From: a virus
Strand: one strand, 5' to 3'
Virus record (IMG/VR): IMGVR_UViG_3300028844_003967
Location: 5,221 to 69,220 of that record
Length of the DNA: 64,000 bases
Positions 1-8,947 of the stretch are shown here, piece after piece. The notes beneath the pieces were generated by a model. It was given only the letters and a program-made list of their open reading frames with translations, did not search any database and had not been told where the DNA came from. The translations under genes and the position numbers were made by a program. How positions within the stretch are numbered: position 1 is the first letter of the stretch; each line of letters starts with the position of its first letter.

Positions 1-117
1 ATGAAAGGTAAAGATATGTTTACTGGAGACAGACATGCTACAAAAGCTTTTATACCTAAACCAAAAGGTTACGGAGGAGTTAAAAACAGTACATATATAA
101 GACCTCAATCTAAATAA
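1..117 (+). CDS. 3' end (or whole) of a short ORF upstream of the lysis genes
   Basis: Frame open from base 1 to TAA at 115-117 (MKGKDMFTGDRHATKAFIPKPKGYGGVKNSTYIRPQSK); may be truncated by the window edge; a hairpin follows at ~118-140. Confidence 0.4.
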   Translation: MKGKDMFTGDRHATKAFIPKPKGYGGVKNSTYIRPQSK

Positions 118-147
118 GATTGAGGCTTATGCCTTAAATTATTTATT

Positions 148-327
148 ATGGAAAGATTATTTAAAAGTGGTCTTGTGACTACTATATTAGGAACTCTAAT
201 ATGTATTGGAGCTTGTGTTCTTTATTTTATGGATAAACCAATGGAAGAAGTGGTTATTATGTTTGGATGGGGATTAACATTTTTACGTTCAAAAGATTCA
301 TTGATTGGTATTAATCCAAAAAAGTGA
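148..327 (+). CDS. Putative holin (59 aa, two hydrophobic segments); absent from the ORF track
   Basis: Hand translation: MERLFKSGLVTTILGTLICIGACVLYFMDKPMEEVVIMFGWGLTFLRSKDSLIGINPKK; its stop overlaps the GTG start of the next gene (GTGA). Confidence 0.6.
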   Translation: MERLFKSGLVTTILGTLICIGACVLYFMDKPMEEVVIMFGWGLTFLRSKDSLIGINPKK

Positions 328-761
328 AAATACTTTTTGTTATATTATTAGCATTTTTATTTTCTTGTAGTCCTCAAAAAAGGCTAAATAGATTAATAAA
401 AAAACATCCCGAATTAGTAAAAGTTGATACCATTGTGGTAAGAGATACTATTCGAGATACTATTAATGTGACTACAGAGTTAGTCAAACTTGATACAATA
501 TTCTCATTAAATGAGATTCATGATACCATTACAATAACGAAGGACAATTTGACAATTCGTTATTATCATGATACAATTCATGATAGTATATACATATCAG
601 GTGAATGTGATACTATTTTTGTTAAGGTTCCTTATGAAAGGATTGTTGAATACAAAGTACCTTGTGATAAGGTAATTGTAAAAAAAGGTATAAGCTGGTG
701 GTATTGGTTTATAATAATAATGCTTATATTAGGGATTTTATATTTAGTTAAGAAAAGATAA
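324..761 (+). CDS. Putative unimolecular spanin (u-spanin)
   Basis: N-terminal lipoprotein signal with lipobox FLFSC, beta-rich DT-repeat middle, C-terminal TM helix (WWYWFIIIMLILGILYLV) then KKR; same architecture as T1 gp11; adjacent to the holin-like gene. Confidence 0.7.
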   Translation: MKILFVILLAFLFSCSPQKRLNRLIKKHPELVKVDTIVVRDTIRDTINVTTELVKLDTIFSLNEIHDTITITKDNLTIRYYHDTIHDSIYISGECDTIFVKVPYERIVEYKVPCDKVIVKKGISWWYWFIIIMLILGILYLVKKR

Positions 762-764
762 GTT

Positions 765-1058
765 ATGTATGTAGAGATAGAAGTTACAATGCTTGATAAA
801 AAGCAAAATGAAATGCCAACAGTTATTCCAAGAGAAAGTATTTCATATTATAGAGGCTATATATCAAATGAAGATGAAGGTATGGATAGGGCTTTTGTTA
901 TGGTCTATTTAAAAGGAAATGATAGACCTATGAAAATTTTATCTACTTTGGATTCATTTAAAAAAAAATGTTGCGCTAAGCACGTTAATGTAGAAGGATT
1001 GTCAAATGATAAAATTGATAATTTAACTGAATATATAGCTGAATTAAAAAAAGATTAA
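765..1058 (+). CDS. Hypothetical protein
   Basis: 97-aa ORF starting 3 nt after the spanin; last gene before a convergent terminator. Confidence 0.6.
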   Translation: MYVEIEVTMLDKKQNEMPTVIPRESISYYRGYISNEDEGMDRAFVMVYLKGNDRPMKILSTLDSFKKKCCAKHVNVEGLSNDKIDNLTEYIAELKKD

Positions 1059-1116
1059 TATATTTGATATTGTAATTGTAGTAATCCGCTATCAATAACT
1101 TTCAAAATTTAATTTA

Positions 1117-1146
1117 AAGGCTACCTTAATTAGGTAGCCTTTTTTT
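1117..1146. terminator. Bidirectional intrinsic terminator between convergent blocks
   Basis: AAAGGCTACCT-TAATT-AGGTAGCCTTTTTT perfect stem with A/T tails. Confidence 0.8.
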
Positions 1147-1585
1147 ATTTATACCATTTTCTATTAGGGTAATCCGGGCTTGATTGCCTAAACCTATTTA
1201 TGTTAACCTTAATGTTTCTGTCAAAACTATTATATTCTTCTCTATATTTTTTGTTTGTTTCAACTTGATTAGCTACTGATTTACAAGAATGCAATATTGT
1301 AGCATGATCTTTATTTCCACATTTTCTCCCAATATAAGAAGCTCCAATATCTGGAAAGTTAGTTCTTAACAAAGAATGAATTATTTGTCTTGCTTTTACA
1401 ATTTTTTGATATCTTACTCTTGAAAAAACAGCTTTTTCTTCTAATTCATATCTTTTACATACCATTTCGGTTATGTATTTAAAAGCATCTGTATTATGCT
1501 TAAGGTCTCCTAATCCGGGCATTACCCAAGGACTTGGTATTGGAATAAGCCCATTCTTTAAAGTATATATGTTTTCTTTTTGCAT
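1145..1585 (-). CDS. Stand-alone DnaA C-terminal (domain IV) HTH protein
   Basis: IVKARQI...IGRKCGNKDHATILHSCK matches the DnaA domain IV signature (RQI...IG..FG.RDHTTV.H); no AAA+ domain. Confidence 0.75.
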   Translation of the reverse strand: MQKENIYTLKNGLIPIPSPWVMPGLGDLKHNTDAFKYITEMVCKRYELEEKAVFSRVRYQKIVKARQIIHSLLRTNFPDIGASYIGRKCGNKDHATILHSCKSVANQVETNKKYREEYNSFDRNIKVNINRFRQSSPDYPNRKWYK

Positions 1586-1595
1586 AAAATTTTAT

Positions 1596-2456
1596 TTAAA
1601 ATATATATCGAATTTTGTTCCAAGGTATAATTTTGTCATGTAGGTCGGTCCATTGTTTTATGTACTGACTTTTAAGATTATGTTTATACCTTATGTTTAC
1701 ACCTCCATATTGAGATGTTTTAATCTCTTGGTTACTTGGTGTCCATAATAAATTTTCACCACTTAAATTATTGTCTAAATTATGTTGATGTTTATTTTTG
1801 TTATGTGTAAGAAATATAACTTCAGCTAAAACTTCTGCTTTGTTTTCTATGTAATCATTACACATTTCAAATAATAATTCATAATCTTCTAACCAGTTGT
1901 CATAAACTACAACAGGTGAAAAATTTAAGTGAACTTCATATCCTGATTCTATAAAAGCATCAACAGCTTTTATTCTGTCAATAATTTTTGCTGTGTTAGG
2001 TTCTAAATCATCAGCTAAATTTTGAGGCATTAAACTAAATCTAATTCTTACTTTTTTTTTAGGATTAAAATATAAAAATTTTACAGGTATTGTTTTAGTA
2101 GCAAAAGTTCCCATAGCTATAGGATGATTTTTAAAATATTCAAAAATGTATTCCCAATTATGGTATTTAGCGTGTAAAGCAAAATCTTCATTACAAGATA
2201 TATCATAAGTGATATATTTTTCATGAGTTTGATTAGGCTTTTTTATATCAGCAAACATTACATGATTATTTACAGCAGTAAGAATTTCATTAGGATTTTT
2301 TGCAATAGTTAATCCATTGGATAAATGTCTTTTCATATAACAATATGTACAGTTAAATAAACATCCATATCCAAATGAGGGAGTAATGTAATCTGATGAT
2401 CTACCACTCTCTCTAATTTTCATACTTTTTCTTTTCAGTTCTTTTACTTTACTCAT
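1596..2456 (-). CDS. splB: Spore photoproduct lyase-like radical SAM protein
   Basis: CxxxCxxC (GCLFNCTYCY); motifs YDISCNEDF, FATK, RIRFSLMP, HLNFSPV and KTSQYGG..RY typical of the SPL family. Confidence 0.8.
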   Translation of the reverse strand: MSKVKELKRKSMKIRESGRSSDYITPSFGYGCLFNCTYCYMKRHLSNGLTIAKNPNEILTAVNNHVMFADIKKPNQTHEKYITYDISCNEDFALHAKYHNWEYIFEYFKNHPIAMGTFATKTIPVKFLYFNPKKKVRIRFSLMPQNLADDLEPNTAKIIDRIKAVDAFIESGYEVHLNFSPVVVYDNWLEDYELLFEMCNDYIENKAEVLAEVIFLTHNKNKHQHNLDNNLSGENLLWTPSNQEIKTSQYGGVNIRYKHNLKSQYIKQWTDLHDKIIPWNKIRYIF

Positions 2457-2489
2457 CTTTTTTTGTTTTTAGTTAATGTAATAAAAATT

Positions 2490-2525
2490 AAAAGGGAATC
2501 GCCTTGGCAGACCGATTCCCTTTTT
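2490..2525. terminator. Intrinsic terminator/hairpin
   Basis: AAAAGGGAATCG...CGATTCCCTTTTT inverted repeat between the exonuclease and splB-like genes. Confidence 0.65.
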
Positions 2526-2547
2526 ATCACACAATCCCGACACAGGA

Positions 2548-3402
2548 CTATATTATTCCTTGAATAAAGTGATTATCAATTTCAGATTTATTTTCTATAA
2601 AATGATACTTAAACTTATTTAATGCATCTTCATATTTTTCTTTACCGCTAATATAAGAATCTTCTCCTAATTCAAAAATACCTACAGTAAATGGATATGT
2701 TTTTTCAATAGCTATAAAATAAAACTTATCAATATTTGCTACATCTTTATAAAATGCAGCTTGTTGGTCATAGTTATATTTTCTCATAGCTTTAATAAAG
2801 CTTCTTTCTGTAACTGCATCAGACATTGTTTTTAAATCAACAACATACTTTCCAGTATTAGTAGCATCTAATTTAGATTTACATTTAACTCCTAATAAAG
2901 TGTTTTGATAAACAATTTCATTTTTAGTATTAGAAAGTAACTGAGATACATTAGGAATGTTTGTTAACTTATCTCTAATAGCAAACACTCTATCCATTTC
3001 TTCCATAGTTAAACGCTCTCTATTAGCATTATTAATAAGAATTTCATTAAGCCATTCTTTATATTGTTTAGTTGATGTTGGTCTTTTACCTCCAATTTCA
3101 GCTATTATTTCGCTATCATCTACTGCATAAAACCTTGCTTCAAACATATCTGGTTCTAACACAATACAATGTACTGCACTTCCAAATGTAAATGCTTTAG
3201 ATGTTTTACTTCCAAGCTCATAATAAGCTTTTAAGTGTTGAGGTCCACCTTCATTAATTTTCTTTAAGTGAGTATTAGTCACATAATCTGTGTCGGCAAA
3301 ATATTTATCATCATCCCAATCAAGAACACCGTCTTGATTAGGGTCGTGATTAACTAATTCTTTCATAAATTCTTTTGCTTCGTTACTTGGTATCATATTC
3401 AT
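2548..3402 (-). CDS. RecE/ExoVIII-like PD-(D/E)XK exonuclease (DUF3799-type)
   Basis: FGSAVHCIVLEP, CKSKLD, VVDLKT and YDQQAAFY motifs. Confidence 0.8.
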   Translation of the reverse strand: MNMIPSNEAKEFMKELVNHDPNQDGVLDWDDDKYFADTDYVTNTHLKKINEGGPQHLKAYYELGSKTSKAFTFGSAVHCIVLEPDMFEARFYAVDDSEIIAEIGGKRPTSTKQYKEWLNEILINNANRERLTMEEMDRVFAIRDKLTNIPNVSQLLSNTKNEIVYQNTLLGVKCKSKLDATNTGKYVVDLKTMSDAVTERSFIKAMRKYNYDQQAAFYKDVANIDKFYFIAIEKTYPFTVGIFELGEDSYISGKEKYEDALNKFKYHFIENKSEIDNHFIQGII

Positions 3403-3824
3403 GATTTCAATTCTTTAATTTGAGCCTCAAGATTTTCTATTTTGGCTAATTTTTTATTTCTTGCTATTTCTTTAGCTTTACTTCTGAAAGATTTAAATTC
3501 TTTTATATGTGATTCTAAATCTTCAATTATTGCATTTAATGATGCAGCTGAAACATCAAATGGAAGCTTTATATTATTAGAATAACCTATTACTTCCGTA
3601 TCGTTTCCATAATAAAAAGACCACTTACTATAATCTGGATAAGAATCATCAAAATATAATCTTATTTCTTCTTTATCTTTACTTATAATCGCATAATTTG
3701 TATCTCTGTAAGATACATCTCTTTTTACTCTTATATAATTATGATTAAAATCCATTTGTAATTCTTTTCCTGTTCTTGCATAATCTTCTGCAAGTGCTAT
3801 TAGTTTGTTAATTTGTTTTTTCAT
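3399..3824 (-). CDS. Hypothetical protein with C-terminal coiled coil
   Basis: 141-aa ORF overlapping the next gene by 4 nt. Confidence 0.6.
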   Translation of the reverse strand: MKKQINKLIALAEDYARTGKELQMDFNHNYIRVKRDVSYRDTNYAIISKDKEEIRLYFDDSYPDYSKWSFYYGNDTEVIGYSNNIKLPFDVSAASLNAIIEDLESHIKEFKSFRSKAKEIARNKKLAKIENLEAQIKELKS

Positions 3825-3830
3825 CTTTTT

Positions 3831-4049
3831 TTAATTTATACATGTACAGTTAATCTCTCCCTTTATATCTTTTCCGTTAGAAAATTCATTGTGGTCATTA
3901 AAATGACCTACTCCAGCATCAAAATGTACTTTTTGAAACATATTACCTTCATCATCTGCAGAGCAAACGATTGGTTTGTTAAGTACTTCTGGATTTTCTT
4001 TTGCAATGTCTTGCAATCTTGATATGTGTTCTTTAAGTGTTATAGCCAT
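3831..4049 (-). CDS. Hypothetical phage protein (DDEGN motif)
   Basis: 72-aa ORF in the operon; contains SADDEGN. Confidence 0.6.
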   Translation of the reverse strand: MAITLKEHISRLQDIAKENPEVLNKPIVCSADDEGNMFQKVHFDAGVGHFNDHNEFSNGKDIKGEINCTCIN

Positions 4050-4465
4050 TATCTTTTTTTAGGTTTAATAAATTTACGTTTCTTCTTAGGTTGACATAGT
4101 TCCCATTCATCTTTATATAAGAATTGCCAATCATAACCTTTCTTAATACCATAGTCTACAAATTCTAATGCATTTAACCTTCTTTTTACAAGTGGGCCAT
4201 AGCCTAATGGTATATAATCTTTACCTATATACTCATGCATTTGTTTGCAAGCATGTATTAAATCATCACTAAAATGCTGAGTAATTATTTGTATAGGTTT
4301 ATCTAATTGTTCTGTTTTATCAGATTTAGCATATTTATTCATTAAGTTTCTAAAATCATCTCTTTCTTCATTAAAAAATACTACGAGTTCATTGTCAAAA
4401 GAATCTTGTAAGAATAGCTTATTCTGGTATCTGATTAATAAATTGTTTAATAGTTCTTGTGACAT
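4049..4465 (-). CDS. Hypothetical protein
   Basis: 138-aa ORF coupled to its neighbours. Confidence 0.55.
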   Translation of the reverse strand: MSQELLNNLLIRYQNKLFLQDSFDNELVVFFNEERDDFRNLMNKYAKSDKTEQLDKPIQIITQHFSDDLIHACKQMHEYIGKDYIPLGYGPLVKRRLNALEFVDYGIKKGYDWQFLYKDEWELCQPKKKRKFIKPKKR

Positions 4466-4967
4466 ACTTAATTTTACGCGGTTTAAATGATTTGTCGGTT
4501 AATAGATAACGTTCAGGAGTAAATGTTTTCTTAAATAGCATCGGTATCTTAGTCATAGTGACATATACTCCATACTTTTCATAAATATCCTTTATGTTAT
4601 TGGTAGCTAATCGAGTCATGTTATTATTATCAAATACTCCTTTAACTTCAACTATTGATACATTTCCTTGAGATATGAATGGAGTGGTTATTTTTTCTCC
4701 ATCTTGAAGCTCCTGTGTAAAAATACCTATAGCTTGATCAGTCCACTTAATTTTAAAGTCAGGCGTGTAAACTCTTCCAGAAAATAATGTTTGTGTTAAC
4801 TCCTTATCGGGAACACGTTTCATTGGTTTAATGTATTTTATGGTTAAATCAGATGTTAACTGAAAAGGTTCATCAATCTTCTCCCATAATTCAATAAAAT
4901 TCCAATTCCTTAATACCTCAAGATACCAAGAAAAATACTTTTCTTCTTTACTATCAAACATTATCAA
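4419..4967 (-). CDS. PD-(D/E)XK endonuclease (DUF1064-like)
   Basis: FDSKEE, YTPDF and VEVKG motifs. Confidence 0.7.
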   Translation of the reverse strand: MIMFDSKEEKYFSWYLEVLRNWNFIELWEKIDEPFQLTSDLTIKYIKPMKRVPDKELTQTLFSGRVYTPDFKIKWTDQAIGIFTQELQDGEKITTPFISQGNVSIVEVKGVFDNNNMTRLATNNIKDIYEKYGVYVTMTKIPMLFKKTFTPERYLLTDKSFKPRKIKYVTRTIKQFINQIPE

Positions 4968-5553
4968 TAATATTATCAGCCATATACGCAGCTATGTTAT
5001 AATCATATCCTTCCATTATTTCACAAACTCTATATATAAAGTCAAATTCTGCTCTAAGCATTGAAATAGTCATTTCAGCTTTTTTAATATGTGGTTCAAA
5101 TAGCTTGTGTAATATATCTTCTGACTCCGTAAATTTATTACGTTTACGAAATAGTATAAGTTCCAGTCTACGTTTAACTTCTTTACTTTGATTTATTTTA
5201 TTTTCTAATTCTCTTATTTTATCATTAATAAGTGCATGAATTAGTTTAATAATATCAACTCTTTCAAATGAAGTTTTTTCAATATTAATTATTTCAGGAA
5301 TAATATAGGTATCAAAAAATGTTTGTATTTCTTTTTCAAATGATACTTCTTCAGCATTACCTGTAATGTCGTACATTTTTCTACTTAAAGGATCTATTAA
5401 AACCGTATATGCTTTTTGAATCTTTTTAAATAAATCTTCATTTCCACTTTCCTTATCTGGATGATGTATTTTAGATTTATCTTTATAAGCTTTTTTAATC
5501 TCTTTTGGTGTAGCATTTTTACTTACACCAAGTACTTCATATAACTCATCCAT
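4954..5553 (-). CDS. J-domain (DnaJ-like) co-chaperone
   Basis: LYEVLGV...EIKKAY...HHPDK...F..I..AY.VL.DP..R.MYD, a canonical J domain with HPD; helical C-terminal region. Confidence 0.85.
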   Translation of the reverse strand: MDELYEVLGVSKNATPKEIKKAYKDKSKIHHPDKESGNEDLFKKIQKAYTVLIDPLSRKMYDITGNAEEVSFEKEIQTFFDTYIIPEIINIEKTSFERVDIIKLIHALINDKIRELENKINQSKEVKRRLELILFRKRNKFTESEDILHKLFEPHIKKAEMTISMLRAEFDFIYRVCEIMEGYDYNIAAYMADNIIDNV

Positions 5554-5566
5554 ATGTAATTATTTA

Positions 5567-5598
5567 AATTCATCGAGCACCGAAGCACCCGACAAATT
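5567..5598 (-). repeat. Intergenic hairpin element (cUUCGg family)
   Basis: TCGAGCAC-CGAA-GCACCCGA on +; mismatches in this core stem are A/C on +, i.e. G:U on the minus-strand RNA. Confidence 0.75.
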
Positions 5599-5599
5599 G

Positions 5600-6190
5600 T
5601 TATTTTTTACGTTCTCTAATTACTTTTACATCATTATCAGTGTAACATAGCATACAGTTCATGCATGCTCCATGACAATTAGCATTGTCTTTAGTAGATA
5701 CAGCTGCAAAAGTTTTATCAAAATAATCTAATACCTTTTTATCAGTACACTCTCCATCAATTTTTGATACAGAAAAAATATACTTAATATTTGGTATTTT
5801 ATCGTATTTAAGAACAATGTCTGTTCTTTTAGTCCATAAACCAAAATTGGTATAAGGATTTTTCTTTGCTATTGCAATTAAGTTTTCCATATGTATATCA
5901 TTAATTAACTCTCCAAAAGAGTTAAAGCGTACATATCGATTATTAAATGTTGGCAATTCTCTGTCAGTTAAAAGCTGTTTAGATAGTAATTCAGAATTAT
6001 GTAATAGTTTAATCTCTAAGTTTTTTCTAAACTTAGAAAGTCGATTACTATAACAAACTCCACATACACTACCTTTTACTTTTGACATTAACTGACAAAA
6101 ATCATTGGTTAAGCTACTAACACTAATGGATGGAATGTTTTTCATTTTACCATTACCTGTAGTAACGTGTACTTGAGTCAGGCTATTCAT
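5600..6190 (-). CDS. GP88-like Fe-S/radical-SAM-related phage protein
   Basis: C...GSVCGVCY, VRFNSFGE and FGLWTKR motifs; C-terminal CxxxCxxCxxC. Confidence 0.65.
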   Translation of the reverse strand: MNSLTQVHVTTGNGKMKNIPSISVSSLTNDFCQLMSKVKGSVCGVCYSNRLSKFRKNLEIKLLHNSELLSKQLLTDRELPTFNNRYVRFNSFGELINDIHMENLIAIAKKNPYTNFGLWTKRTDIVLKYDKIPNIKYIFSVSKIDGECTDKKVLDYFDKTFAAVSTKDNANCHGACMNCMLCYTDNDVKVIRERKK

Positions 6191-6198
6191 TTTTAAAT

Positions 6199-6501
6199 TT
6201 AGTGATTGTTATTTCTAACATAATAAGGCACATCTCTCATGTGCAACATAACTAATTTAACGCTTGTAGATATTCTTTCTTCTTTAAAAACTTTAATATA
6301 TGGATCTTCTACCATTACAAGTCCATTCTTAAAAGCTTCATTATAACACAAATCTTCAGTAAGTTCTCCAAACTGAACAACACTTCCTGGTATAGATATG
6401 TTTACAGTAAGAGTTTCTCCTTGTTTCATCTTATCAGATTCAACATTATATGCTGCTCTAATAACTTTTCTGATTTCTTTTTCAATTTGATTTAATTCCA
6501 T
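6199..6501 (-). CDS. Hypothetical protein
   Basis: Track ORF 6199-6540; likely start ATG at 6501 (MELNQIEK) after an A-rich leader. Confidence 0.55.
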   Translation of the reverse strand: MELNQIEKEIRKVIRAAYNVESDKMKQGETLTVNISIPGSVVQFGELTEDLCYNEAFKNGLVMVEDPYIKVFKEERISTSVKLVMLHMRDVPYYVRNNNH

Positions 6502-6581
6502 GTTTTTTATAAAGATTAATAATTTTTTCTTCAAAGTCAATGAACAAAAAGTCCATTTCTAATTCGTACTTGTCGAATATA

Positions 6582-7046
6582 TCACGTAGTTTTTCTTTTA
6601 GGCTCATAATTATTCATATAACAATCTTCATTTGGGTCTGGAATATCTATTCCTTTATTAGCAAAATGCACTTGTAACTGAAATTTAAATGTATTAAATT
6701 CTTTAGTTGTCATAGCGCTTGTGCTTTTAGTTTCAGAATATGTAACTAATTTACCCATTACTTCTTTAGTTCTAAATTTTGCTTTTACAATTTCGTTTAA
6801 TATATAGTGATGAATATCCTCTTTTTCATAAGGCTCTCCTTCTATCTCTAATAGAACTTCTTGTACTGTTTTAATAGCTACACCCCAATACCAACGATTC
6901 TGTTTAGCAGAACGTCTTTTATTTGCTTTCTTAATAGTAATTTCAATTTCTTTGTCTTTGTATTGCGTAAGCATGCTTTTAACAAAATCATGATTATTAA
7001 TTACTATCTGTCCATTTTTGTCTACTGTTCCTATAAATGCGTTCAT
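6582..7046 (-). CDS. NinB/Orf-like recombination protein
   Basis: RRSAKQNRWYWG and STSAMTTKEF...GIDIPDP motifs of the NinB family. Confidence 0.7.
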   Translation of the reverse strand: MNAFIGTVDKNGQIVINNHDFVKSMLTQYKDKEIEITIKKANKRRSAKQNRWYWGVAIKTVQEVLLEIEGEPYEKEDIHHYILNEIVKAKFRTKEVMGKLVTYSETKSTSAMTTKEFNTFKFQLQVHFANKGIDIPDPNEDCYMNNYEPKRKTT

Positions 7047-7057
7047 AAATTATAATT

Positions 7058-7093
7058 AAAATACAAGGAGTACCGAAGTACTCCTTGTATTTT
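7058..7093 (-). repeat. Intergenic hairpin element (perfect 16-bp stem, UUCG loop)
   Basis: AAAATACAAGGAGTAC-CGAA-GTACTCCTTGTATTTT. Confidence 0.85.
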
Positions 7094-7095
7094 TA

Positions 7096-7728
7096 TTAGA
7101 ATGGTAAATCATCATCTTCATCACCTAATTGTTGAGATTTTTCAACTGGCTCCATTTCTCTTGCAGTTTGTGGCATAGGATTATTATCTCTTTCCCATAT
7201 TTTTAATTCGCCATCAAACTTAGCTTTATCATCAGGTCTAAGAGTTTTTCTAAAATAATCACTCTTACCAGTTAGTTCTTCGTTAACCGGGCCGGAATAT
7301 AAATATCTAATAGCCTCTTTAACTACAGGCTTATTATTGTTATTTTTATCATATCCGATATACTCTTCAGCTCGAAATAAAACTTTTATTTCTTTGCCTA
7401 TTACATCAACTAATGCTTTTGCACCTTTAGACTTCATATCTACTCCAGCATTTGTAAAGAACTCTTTAATTGCTTTTAATTTAAATCCTCTTGTATCTGC
7501 TGAATCAGCATCTCTTGTTCTAAAAAACTTTGATGTATTTAATTCTGCTGTAGATGTATCTCTAAATTCAACTTCCATATAAGGACAGCCCTTATAATCT
7601 TTATTGATATCTTCAGATAGTTCACATTTTTGTACTTCTGCTACAGTAACTCTTGGAGAGCTCATGTATTTACTTTTTTGTTCAATTTGGTGCTTTTCAG
7701 CTTCTGCAAATTCTTTGTCAAAACTCAT
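7096..7728 (-). CDS. Putative single-stranded DNA-binding protein
   Basis: Acidic C-terminal tail ending DEDDDLPF; lies directly downstream of the Sak4-like ATPase. Confidence 0.65.
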   Translation of the reverse strand: MSFDKEFAEAEKHQIEQKSKYMSSPRVTVAEVQKCELSEDINKDYKGCPYMEVEFRDTSTAELNTSKFFRTRDADSADTRGFKLKAIKEFFTNAGVDMKSKGAKALVDVIGKEIKVLFRAEEYIGYDKNNNNKPVVKEAIRYLYSGPVNEELTGKSDYFRKTLRPDDKAKFDGELKIWERDNNPMPQTAREMEPVEKSQQLGDEDDDLPF

Positions 7729-7759
7729 TTTTTACGTTTTAAAAATTAATAACTTAAAC

Positions 7760-8425
7760 CTACTTTTTAGTAGGCTCTTCTTCATTGTAATATTCTTCAA
7801 TAACTTTAATTACTTCAGCTATATCGTTTGGCATTTGCTTAGGTAGCATTTCCATTGGAGATTTAGCTGAAACATGCTCATAACCTTTCTGACGATTAGT
7901 TATAAATCTATATTCAGGATCTCCGTTTTCATTTGTTACCATATCTGAGAAAAGAACTATTACAAATTCTTTTTCTACTTTTTTCTTAAGACTACCATCT
8001 ACAGATATAAATCTTTCCTCTACACCTCCTGCTCCTTCAAGCACTTGGTCGATTCCCGTCATTATAACATATTTATTAGTATTCTTAGACTTATGTAATA
8101 TTCTCATAAGTTCTTTTTTGTATTCATCCCAAAAATCAAAACCTTTAAATGCTTTACCAATTTCTCTATAAGCGTGTTCTGTTAAAGAAGTAAAACTTTC
8201 AACAACAACTATATCTGCTTTATTACTTGAAATTGCTTTATCAAATGTTTTTTCAAAAGCATCTAAATCAGCTATAGGAACGTTTAATTTAAACTTTCCA
8301 GCGCCTTTAAATGGCAAAGCTTTTTGCTCTGTATTAATAATAATTGTTCTTTCAGGATTTAAATTTCTGAGTGAAGAACTCTTTCCGGTACCAGATGGCC
8401 CGACAATAAAAATGTTTGGTTTCAT
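7760..8425 (-). CDS. AAA_24/Sak4-like ATPase (recombinase)
   Basis: Walker A GPSGTGKS, Walker B-like IVVVES, C-terminal SAKSPMEM...PND. Confidence 0.75.
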   Translation of the reverse strand: MKPNIFIVGPSGTGKSSSLRNLNPERTIIINTEQKALPFKGAGKFKLNVPIADLDAFEKTFDKAISSNKADIVVVESFTSLTEHAYREIGKAFKGFDFWDEYKKELMRILHKSKNTNKYVIMTGIDQVLEGAGGVEERFISVDGSLKKKVEKEFVIVLFSDMVTNENGDPEYRFITNRQKGYEHVSAKSPMEMLPKQMPNDIAEVIKVIEEYYNEEEPTKK

Positions 8426-8430
8426 TTATT

Positions 8431-8640
8431 TTAGTTTTTAGAAATTAAAAATGATTCTTTGCGTACTACTCTATTACATTGCCCTCTATTTAAGGGTTTA
8501 ATAGTTCTTTCTGTTAAGTCGCATATTTCAGTAGAATTAATCACGTTTTTATATGTATCAACCCACTCTATGCCTTGACATAACTCAATAAGCTCTTGTT
8601 CTGACCTTATTTCTTTTTGTAAAATTAATAACCTTGTCAT
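8431..8640 (-). CDS. Hypothetical protein
   Basis: 69-aa ORF in the operon orientation. Confidence 0.45.
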   Translation of the reverse strand: MTRLLILQKEIRSEQELIELCQGIEWVDTYKNVINSTEICDLTERTIKPLNRGQCNRVVRKESFLISKN

Positions 8641-8689
8641 AGTTTATTTAATATAGTAAATGTAAGAAAAGTACATTAATTAACCTAAC

Positions 8690-8947
8690 TTATTTAGGTT
8701 TTCTTGGTGCTGAATCTTTTCTAATTCTTAAGTTTACACTCTTACCTTTTTCATTTACTATTTTTTTATATTTAGTAGTTAATTTTAATTTAAAATAACC
8801 TTTAATATTGATTTCTTCGTTTCTTAACATCAAAGAACGACAAGCAAGGAAGAACCGTCTAATGACTATATGAATTACTTTCGGATGGATTCCTGTATTC
8901 TCCGATATTTCTTTGACGATTTTGGTATTCTTCCAATTCTTTTTCAT
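8690..8947 (-). CDS. HU/IHF-like DNA-binding protein
   Basis: IVKEISENTGI...V..VI..F...L..NEEINIKGYFKL pattern of the HU fold; basic. Confidence 0.7.
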   Translation of the reverse strand: MKKNWKNTKIVKEISENTGIHPKVIHIVIRRFFLACRSLMLRNEEINIKGYFKLKLTTKYKKIVNEKGKSVNLRIRKDSAPRKPK

